Below are positions 27,986 through 34,710 of a stretch of 64,000 bases of DNA, in pieces. The position numbers were made by a program, and so were the translations under genes. Below the pieces are notes generated by a model. The model ran no database searches. It was given only the letters and a program-made list of their open reading frames with translations, and had not been told where the DNA came from. Each line of letters opens with the position of its first letter. Within the stretch, counting starts at the first letter, position 1. The stretch comes from Planctomycetota bacterium. Its GTDB lineage: Bacteria; Planctomycetota; UBA1135; GCA-002686595. The DNA lies in the NCBI GenBank assembly GCA_022446815.1, contig JAKVCD010000018.1, positions 211,908-275,907 on the forward strand. The letters are read 5' to 3'.

Positions 27986-29689
27986 TTAGTCTCTCTTGAG
28001 ACCTCGAAAGAGGTCCTTGAGGCCGCCCTCTGTGGCCTTCTCTAGGAGGACGCCACGCGCAGCGCTGGTCAGCCAGCGCTTCCAGGCGCCGTCACGATCA
28101 ACCAACCTCGGGTTATCTAAGCGGCCCTCCAAGCGGAGCTTCACGGTGTCAGCGGGCAGTGAGACGGCGCCGCTCCCGATGTCGGCGCGTCCGCCGGTGA
28201 TCTGCAGTTGGATCTCACCGTCTAGCTTGGCGCCGGGGCTGGAGACGAGCCCCTCGACCCCGAGGCCGATGGCGCCTGCGAGGAGCTTGTCCTCGATGCC
28301 GAGGTCTTTGGCTAGCCGCACAGCGTCCACTCCAGCGCCGCCGCCCTGAAAGCGCCAGCTGCTCGCACTCTTGCGTGACCAAGAGAGCTCTAGGTCTCCG
28401 TCGCTCGTGCGAGCAGTGGTCGTCATCGGTCGCTCGACGAGCTCTGGCTCGTCAGAGAGATCGGAGAGGACGAGCTCTACCGTGCGTCCATCTCCCAGCG
28501 GGATGTCACGCCAGGCTGCTTCGATGATGTGTACGCGCGGCCTGCTGCGGTGGAGGGGGGTGCGAGCAGCGGGAGGGGGGATGAAGATCCCTGCCGCCTC
28601 TTGAGCAGCACGCTCAGCCTCCGCGCTAGAGCCCTCACCTCCGAGGAGCTCGAAGCCTCGCCGCACCTGCTCGAGCAGCTCATCGAGCCTCTCCTTGTCT
28701 TCGATGAGCTCGCGCCAGTCGATCACTCTGCCCTTGTCGGGCTTTCCGGTATCCGCCTCGCTCAGCGGGGGGAGCTCAATCTTGGATCCTGGTTGTTCAC
28801 GGGGCTGGTCAAAGCTCGCGCCGCTTAAGACGAGGCGCTCGATGACGATCTCGTGCCTCGCGAGGGCTGCGGCGTCGAGGTCAGCCTCGAGGGATTCCCA
28901 GCGCACGAGGTCACGGCTGAGGTCCTCTGGATCAACGACCGCGAGCCCGCCCACAGAGATCTTGGCCTGCGCAAAGGAGAGCTCAGCCTCACGGCAGTCG
29001 ACCTGCGCGCCAGTCACTTGGGCGAGGGAGCTCACGAGGGCGCCACGGATCCCCTTCGCCTGAGCGAGTGAGAGGTAGGTGCTCGCTCCCAAGACGATCA
29101 AGATGAGGCCTAGCACGCCTGCTGGGCGCCACCAGCGACCCGTCAACTCTAGCGTAGATCGGAAGCCCTCCTTCGGAAGTCCACCAAGGAGCAGCCACGC
29201 GAGCGCTCTCACCCAAGCCTTTGAGGTCCATAGCCGGAAGGCCTCAGAGCCCTCCTCTAGGGTCGCGAGCTTCTCTCTGAGCCGCGTGACTAGCTGAACC
29301 AGGAGCGCCCCTGTGAGGGCCCCAAAGAGCAGCCCTACGGCCGCACCACCGCTGACTCGGTTTGACTCCCACTCCGCCCAGGCCAAGAGCGGAGCCTCTG
29401 CTAGCCGTGCGAGGAGGCCGCTGAGTGGACCGCTCGAGAGCGCGCCTCCGACTCGTTCGACCTGCTCATATGCGGCGAGGGCTACGAGGGAGCTCGCGCC
29501 CGCAACGGCCATGAAGAGCGGGACGCTCGCGTTCAAGATCAAGAGCGCACCGACACAGAGCGCCAAGAGCGCAGCCCCAGTGTGATCCCAGGGCACGAAA
29601 CCTACGACGCCACCTAAGAGGCAAGACAGGGTGAGCTGCTCACTTGTGACGCGGCCTACGAGCAGGCCGAGGATGCGGTGACGTGACAC
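27986..29689 (-). CDS. Large membrane protein, N-terminal polytopic region plus AsmA/DUF748-like extracytoplasmic region (assignment tentative)
   Basis: About 5 TM helices in the first ~210 aa. This is followed by repeated 'L.F...+I.V.GL.V.DP' and 'I.I.RL.L.G' beta-rich patterns. It lies 64 nt downstream of, and co-directional with, the repeat-protein genes. Confidence 0.6.
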   Translation of the reverse strand: MSRHRILGLLVGRVTSEQLTLSCLLGGVVGFVPWDHTGAALLALCVGALLILNASVPLFMAVAGASSLVALAAYEQVERVGGALSSGPLSGLLARLAEAPLLAWAEWESNRVSGGAAVGLLFGALTGALLVQLVTRLREKLATLEEGSEAFRLWTSKAWVRALAWLLLGGLPKEGFRSTLELTGRWWRPAGVLGLILIVLGASTYLSLAQAKGIRGALVSSLAQVTGAQVDCREAELSFAQAKISVGGLAVVDPEDLSRDLVRWESLEADLDAAALARHEIVIERLVLSGASFDQPREQPGSKIELPPLSEADTGKPDKGRVIDWRELIEDKERLDELLEQVRRGFELLGGEGSSAEAERAAQEAAGIFIPPPAARTPLHRSRPRVHIIEAAWRDIPLGDGRTVELVLSDLSDEPELVERPMTTTARTSDGDLELSWSRKSASSWRFQGGGAGVDAVRLAKDLGIEDKLLAGAIGLGVEGLVSSPGAKLDGEIQLQITGGRADIGSGAVSLPADTVKLRLEGRLDNPRLVDRDGAWKRWLTSAARGVLLEKATEGGLKDLFRGLKRD

Positions 29690-29752
29690 GGGGGATCTCC
29701 GGTCCCCATGCTAGTCGATCTCTTCAAGTGGGCCCAAGCGGCCCCTTTGGGC

Positions 29753-31303
29753 TCAAGCTCCCCAGGTGATCTCGTAGCCGTTTGAGAGGTTGAACAGGCT
29801 CGAGCAGGGGGAGGTACCAGCGTCACGATACCAGTACTGATAGCGGCGCGTTTGGCCCACGCTGATGGTGCCGTTCGTGACGATCGAGATGGTGGAGCTC
29901 GTCGTGAAGTTGTTGCCGGAGTTGGCGAACTGGACCTCGAGCCTGCGGACGCTGCCCCCAGCGCAGCGGAGGCCGTCCCCGAAGGGGTTCCCGTTCCCCG
30001 AGTTGACGGCGTTGTTGCCTTGGAAAAAGAGGCCCGGGCCAGGGGTGAGGTTGGTAGCTGTCAAGACAACATTGTCCGCTGCGACGCTCGGCGTACCTGA
30101 GGCGGTGAGCTCTGCGCCGCTGCCCGTGTCGTTCGCGCACCCTTCACCGAGGCCGCCGTTGTTTGAGCAGGGGCACGGGGTCCCGATGCCGTCACCGAAG
30201 CAGTACTTCGTACCGGGCTCCGAGCTGCCGAGTCCGGTCGCGCGGGTCATGAGGACCGCGGGGAAGCCGATCGAGTCAAGATCTGCGGGTGCCTGATCGT
30301 TCAGAGTGAGGTCGTTCAAGTTGAAGGCACCAGCAGTGTTCGAGAAGGACGCGAAGGAGCGACCGCTCGAGCTGAAGCTCTCATCAAGCGGGGCAGGGTA
30401 TTCGCCCACTCCGTGGGTGCAGACCACCCCGACGATGAAGTTGCCGGAGACCGCGACGCCGCCGGTGGAGTAAGAGTTCAGGATGTCTGTGTCAGCGTTC
30501 GTGACCGTCGTGGCTGTGCTCCAGAGGAGCACTCCGTCGCTGGGGTCTCCGTCGTTGTTGGGGTCATCCCAGATACCGACGGTGGCGGCGCTTCCGTTTG
30601 TGATGGATCCGGGGATCCCGGCAGCCCCATAGGAGGTCTGGACCACAGTGATCGTGTCCGCGCCGCCCTCGGCTGCGAAGAGGTTGCCCCACCAGATGTC
30701 TCCGCCAGCGGAGAGTCCGAGGTTGTTCGTGGCTGAGCCGAGGTCGTAGCGATAGCCGTCAGGCTCATCGAGGATCGTGACTTCCAGCGAGCCGGAGCCG
30801 CCGCTGGCGCCGTCCCAGGTGCCAACCTGTAAGAGGTAGGTAGAGCCGGAGCTGACGCTGAAGTTGATCGTCGACTGGAATCCGCACGCGTCGTCATTGC
30901 AGGCGATAGCGCTCCCGTCAGAGGGGCAGCTGCTACCAGCGTAGGCGGCGAGCTTCGAATCGATCGTCGTTTGGCCGCAGGTCGAGATCTGAGCGAGGCC
31001 CGTGGCATCGGCGGTCCATGCGAACCACACGTCGTTCCCTATCGCGCTCGCCCCGAAGACATAGCAAGAGGGCTCAGCTTGTCCTTGCGTACCGGTCGTG
31101 GCGCTCGAGTTGTTGAATGCGAAAAGCCCTTGGCCTGAGATCGATGCTGCTGATGAGCAGTCATCGCTGCCGCCTACGACGATCGCGGCTACGGTCGTAG
31201 AGGGAGTCAGCGCTCCAGGTGCGCTCGTCCGGCCAGCGCTGAACTGCGCGTTTGCTACGGAGAGGCTTGAGAGGGAGAGACAGAGGATGAGAGCGTGTCG
31301 CAT
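29753..31303 (-). CDS. Secreted Cys-rich protein A: one repeat module, a middle beta-rich domain, and the shared C-terminal domain
   Basis: Start at the internal ATG 31303 gives signal peptide MRHALILCLSLSSLSVANAQ. One DDC..NDVWF.WTA..ACNDD..YLLQVG module. Tail has FGDGLRCAGG..YQYWYRD..NLSNGYEITWGA-stop. Confidence 0.8.
   Translation of the reverse strand: MRHALILCLSLSSLSVANAQFSAGRTSAPGALTPSTTVAAIVVGGSDDCSSAASISGQGLFAFNNSSATTGTQGQAEPSCYVFGASAIGNDVWFAWTADATGLAQISTCGQTTIDSKLAAYAGSSCPSDGSAIACNDDACGFQSTINFSVSSGSTYLLQVGTWDGASGGSGSLEVTILDEPDGYRYDLGSATNNLGLSAGGDIWWGNLFAAEGGADTITVVQTSYGAAGIPGSITNGSAATVGIWDDPNNDGDPSDGVLLWSTATTVTNADTDILNSYSTGGVAVSGNFIVGVVCTHGVGEYPAPLDESFSSSGRSFASFSNTAGAFNLNDLTLNDQAPADLDSIGFPAVLMTRATGLGSSEPGTKYCFGDGIGTPCPCSNNGGLGEGCANDTGSGAELTASGTPSVAADNVVLTATNLTPGPGLFFQGNNAVNSGNGNPFGDGLRCAGGSVRRLEVQFANSGNNFTTSSTISIVTNGTISVGQTRRYQYWYRDAGTSPCSSLFNLSNGYEITWGA
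29756..30205 (-). other. Shared C-terminal domain (copy in A)
   Basis: YCFGDGIGTPCPCSNNGGLGEGCANDTGSGAEL..VVLTATNLTPGPGLFFQGNNAV..FGDGLRCAGG..RYQYWYRD..C..FNLSNGYEITWGA. Confidence 0.8.
30761..31165 (-). repeat. Single copy of the ~135-146 aa Cys-rich module in A
   Basis: DDCSSAASISGQG.F.F..SSATTG.QGQAE.SCYVFGASAIGNDVWFAWTADATG...STCG....DSKLAAY.GSSCP.DGSAIACNDDACGFQS...F.V..GSTYLLQVG. Confidence 0.8.
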
Positions 31304-31470
31304 GTCGGCGTCAGAGGTCGGTCTAGGTCGGGATGGAGGGGATCCAAGGCCAGCTTGTGCCCATACCCCTAGGATCAAGGATACCCCGAAATTCAATTTC
31401 CTGCCGTTCATGTGCGCCGGTGGGGCAGTTCGGAGCGCTCTTCCTTGGGCGAACCTCCGCTATGAGAGGC

Positions 31471-31539
31471 GGGGCGGCCATCCGCGCAGGATGGCCGCCC
31501 CCCTTGTGCTTGGTGCCCCTCGCGCTCACGCGCGAGGGG
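31471..31539 (-). terminator. Two GC-rich hairpins downstream of gene B
   Basis: 13-bp perfect stem ggggcggccatcc / ggatggccgcccc (31471-31501) and 10-bp perfect stem cccctcgcgc / gcgcgagggg (31516-31539). No U-tract. Confidence 0.5.
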
Positions 31540-31556
31540 ACCCATCTGTCATGGGA

Positions 31557-34328
31557 TCAGGCGCCCCAGACGATGTTGATAGCGTTGGTGAGGTTGTGGC
31601 TGTTGCCGCAGAGCCCACCACTGGAGACCTCACGGTACCAGTACTGGTAGTTCAGGCTGTCGCCAGCGCTGACACCTCCGGTCGCGGCGAGATCCACGGT
31701 AGAGAGGGCGTTACCAGAGGCGTCAGAGGCTGTCACCTGGAGGCGGATGGCGTTGAAGCCAGCGCAGCGTAGGCCGTCTCCGAAGGGGAGTCCGGCGCCG
31801 CCGTTCACAGCGTTCTCACCAGAGAAGAACACGCCCGGGAGACCCGGAACCGCGCCCACCGCGAGGAGGGAGACGCTGGAAGCGCTAGCGCTCGGGCTAC
31901 CCGTAGCGGCCAGGGAGGCCGGCTGGGTGGTTGAGTTAACACAACCAGAGGGCAGGATCTGAAGCGCGTCGTTGCCACAGGGGCAAGCGCCGCCGCTACC
32001 GTTGCAGTAGGGGACACCCGTCGTCGCGATGACAGAGAGGATGCCGGTGCCAGCTTCACCTCCGCTCCAGCCGCCGACATTGACCTGATAGGTCGTGCCT
32101 GCCGCGGCGAAGAAGCCGAGGCCAGACTGGAGACCGCAGAGGTCGTCGCTGCAAGCGACCTCAGCACCACCGCAGCCATCGAAGACCGCGAGGACTGTGT
32201 CGAAGTCAGCGGCAGGGGTGCCGTCTAGGTTGCAGAGCGCCATGATCACGAGGCCATTCTCAGCCGCCGTGTAGGAGTGCCAGACATCGTTGAAGTTGTC
32301 ACGGCAGGAGATCGCAGTACCACCAGAGGCAGCCGCCGATCCGTAGCTCGCGCCAGTCGTGTCGATCAAGTTCGCACCATCGACGAGCGTGCCAGCGTTG
32401 GCGCAGTCATCGTGCGGGTGCGGAGGCAACGCGCTACCGATCGAGATCGTCAGGTTGCCAGAGCCGCCGGCAGTGCCGGGGAAGTGGCCGACTTGGAGCA
32501 GGTAGCTCGAGCCGCTCGTGACGTCAAAGCTCATCTCAGAGGTGAAGCCAGCGCAACCGGATGCGTCGTCGTTACAAGCGAGCGACGAGCCGTCGACAGG
32601 GCAACCGCCGGCCGGATAAGCCGCGATCTTCGTGTCAGCGCTCGCGTCGTTGCAGGTCGAGATCGTGGCGGTGCCGTCGGCGTCAGCGGTCCACTCGAAC
32701 CAGACGTCGTTGTCGACCGCGGAGCTGCCGAAGCTGTAGCAGAGGACCTCGTTCTGTCCCTCAGCGCCAGTCGTCGCTGTGACCGCGCTGAAGGGGAAGG
32801 CCCCTTGGCCAGCGATCGCCTCGGGAGCGGAGCAGTCGTCTGCGCAGCCGGTGCAAGAGGATGCTTGGCTGACGTTCAGAGTGGCGGCGCCACCGGGAGA
32901 GCCGGGGAAGTTACCGCACATGATGAGGTAGCTCGAACCAGCGGTGCAGCTGAAGGCGATCTGCGACTGGAGGCCGCAGGTGTCGTCGTTGCATGCGAGA
33001 GCAGCGCCGTCAGCGGGGCAAGCGCCACCGTCGAAGGCAGCGATCTTGGTATCCGGGGCAGAGCCACAGGTGTCCATGGTCACGGTGCCGCTGACGGTCG
33101 CGGTCCACTCGAACCACATATCGTTGTCGACGGCTGAGCTTCCAAAGGCGAAGCAGAGGGCCTCGTTTTGACCTTCAGCGTCTGTCGAGTTGCTGGAGTT
33201 GTCATAGGCGAAGTTGCCGTCACCGGAGATCGCGCTCGGGTTGGAGCAGGTCTCACCCTCGGCGGCGACCAGGGTTTGCGTGATTGTCACGTTGCCAACG
33301 CCGCCGGAAGTGCCGGGGAAGTGCCCAACCTGCAGGAGATAGCTGCTACCTGCGGTGCAGGCGAAGGACATCTCTGAGGTGAAGCCTGCGCAGCCCGTGC
33401 CGTCGTCGTTACAAGCGAGCGCCGAGCCGTCAACGGGGCAACCGCCGGCCGGATAAGCCGCGATCTTCGTGTCAGCGCTTGCGTCGCTGCAAGTAGAGAC
33501 GGTGACCGATCCATTGGTGTCGCAGGTCCACTCGAACCAGACGTCGTTATCAACTGCGGAGCTTCCGAAGTTGTAGCAGAGGGCCTCGTTCTGTCCCTCA
33601 GCGCCCGTCGTCGCGGCAGTCGCGTCGAAGGGGAAGACACCGTCACCGGAGATGGGTGTAGCGTCAGCACACTCGTCTGTACCGGTCGTCACGCAGGGGG
33701 CCGTGACGGTGATATTAAGGAGACCAGTTCCACCGCCTGAGCCAGGGAAGCTGCCGACCTGAATCAGGTAGGCGGTCCCTGCTGTGACTGCCATGTCGAG
33801 CTCAGAGGTGAAGCCAGAGCAGCCAGAGGCATCGTCGTTGCATGCGATGGCCGAACCGTCAGCGGGGCAACCGCCAGCGGGGTAGACCGCGAGTCTCGTG
33901 TCGAAAGTGGCGCTATCGCAGAGCGAGACGTTCGCTGAGCCGTCGCACTCTGTGTTGGTCCACTCGAACCAGACGTCGTTCTCGATAGCGCTTGAGCCGA
34001 AGCTGTAGCAGATCGCTTCATTCTGACCTTCAGCGCCAGTTACGGCAGCACTGGAGTCGAAGGGGAAGGATCCTCCGCCCGCGATAGGGGTAGCGGCGGC
34101 GCAGTCATCGGCGCCAGGGACGCCCATATTGAGCTGTCCGCCGATCGTGCCGATCCTGCCGAGGTTGACAGTCTGCTTGGACTGATAGTTGGGCTTTGAG
34201 GTCGGCTGGGGCTTTTGTCCCGGGCGTGCGACCTGCTTCTGCTGAACCTGCGCTGTCGTCGCAGGCACTTGTGCGAACGCGAGGCCTGTACAGGCCATGA
34301 TCGCGAAAGCGAATGTGAAACGTTTCAT
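31557..34328 (-). CDS. Secreted Cys-rich protein B: five tandem modules plus the shared C-terminal domain
   Basis: Start at ATG 34328 gives signal peptide MKRFTFAFAIMACTGLAFAQ, then a Q/P/K-rich linker. Five modules follow, with boundaries near nt 34109, 33677, 33254, 32840 and 32411, then a 151-aa tail. Confidence 0.85.
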   Translation of the reverse strand: MKRFTFAFAIMACTGLAFAQVPATTAQVQQKQVARPGQKPQPTSKPNYQSKQTVNLGRIGTIGGQLNMGVPGADDCAAATPIAGGGSFPFDSSAAVTGAEGQNEAICYSFGSSAIENDVWFEWTNTECDGSANVSLCDSATFDTRLAVYPAGGCPADGSAIACNDDASGCSGFTSELDMAVTAGTAYLIQVGSFPGSGGGTGLLNITVTAPCVTTGTDECADATPISGDGVFPFDATAATTGAEGQNEALCYNFGSSAVDNDVWFEWTCDTNGSVTVSTCSDASADTKIAAYPAGGCPVDGSALACNDDGTGCAGFTSEMSFACTAGSSYLLQVGHFPGTSGGVGNVTITQTLVAAEGETCSNPSAISGDGNFAYDNSSNSTDAEGQNEALCFAFGSSAVDNDMWFEWTATVSGTVTMDTCGSAPDTKIAAFDGGACPADGAALACNDDTCGLQSQIAFSCTAGSSYLIMCGNFPGSPGGAATLNVSQASSCTGCADDCSAPEAIAGQGAFPFSAVTATTGAEGQNEVLCYSFGSSAVDNDVWFEWTADADGTATISTCNDASADTKIAAYPAGGCPVDGSSLACNDDASGCAGFTSEMSFDVTSGSSYLLQVGHFPGTAGGSGNLTISIGSALPPHPHDDCANAGTLVDGANLIDTTGASYGSAAASGGTAISCRDNFNDVWHSYTAAENGLVIMALCNLDGTPAADFDTVLAVFDGCGGAEVACSDDLCGLQSGLGFFAAAGTTYQVNVGGWSGGEAGTGILSVIATTGVPYCNGSGGACPCGNDALQILPSGCVNSTTQPASLAATGSPSASASSVSLLAVGAVPGLPGVFFSGENAVNGGAGLPFGDGLRCAGFNAIRLQVTASDASGNALSTVDLAATGGVSAGDSLNYQYWYREVSSGGLCGNSHNLTNAINIVWGA
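31560..32012 (-). other. Shared C-terminal domain (copy in B)
   Basis: YCNGSGGACPCGN..GCVNST..LLAVGAVPGLPGVFFSGENAV..FGDGLRCAG..NYQYWYRE..C..HNLTNAINIVWGA. Confidence 0.8.
32013..34109 (-). repeat. Intragenic tandem array of 5 coding modules of 133-144 aa (399-432 nt)
   Basis: Each unit begins D-[DE]-C (one begins E-T-C). Each carries GQNE..C[YF].FGSSA[VI][DE]NDVWFEWT, DT[KR][IL]A.[YF], ACNDD and YL[IL]QVG.FPG. The fifth unit is divergent. Confidence 0.9.
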
Positions 34329-34572
34329 GGGAGTTGTGTGAATGGGTTTATGTGTGGATCCAAAGAACACGAGAGGGAGGTTTTGAAGCTGGCGTTACCC
34401 TGCCTGAACTCACGAAACATGCGAGTCCACTACCCTGCCGGTCCTACTCCAGACTCACCCAGAAACGCAAAATCGGCAATCTACAAACTAGAAGATTCGA
34501 GGTTAGACCCCTCTAGACACCCGAAAACCACACTTATTGGTGAGTTCGCTTGGCTTGGCGATCAGCCACAGT

Positions 34573-34612
34573 CGCCTTGAGGATCTGTCGGGCGCTTTGA
34601 GGACCTGTCGGG
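34573..34612. repeat. Tandem 20-nt direct repeat in the B-C intergenic region
   Basis: cgccttgaggatctgtcggg followed immediately by cgctttgaggacctgtcggg (2 mismatches). It lies between the gene C terminator and the gene B upstream region. Confidence 0.7.
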
Positions 34613-34621
34613 CTCCTCAGG

Positions 34622-34661
34622 AATAAAAAAAGGCGGGCGACCCCCGAGGGGGCCGCCCGCT
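34622..34661 (-). terminator. Rho-independent terminator of gene C
   Basis: GC hairpin gcgggcgaccccc gag ggggccgcccgc. On the minus strand it is followed by a U-run (plus-strand aaaaaaaa at 34624-34631). Confidence 0.8.
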
Positions 34662-34710
34662 GTGCTTAGCACCTGGGAGCGTTCGCTCTCAGGCGCTCAA
34701 AGAGTGCGGA

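Noticed and set aside
32277-33137. 286-aa plus-strand ORF, and several other 60-130 aa ORFs on both strands across 31.7-36.9 kb
   Set aside because: They are antisense or out of frame relative to repeat-protein genes B and C. Their translations are Arg/Ala/Gly/Val-rich low complexity with no motifs. The minus-strand frames carry signal peptides, conserved modules and tails.
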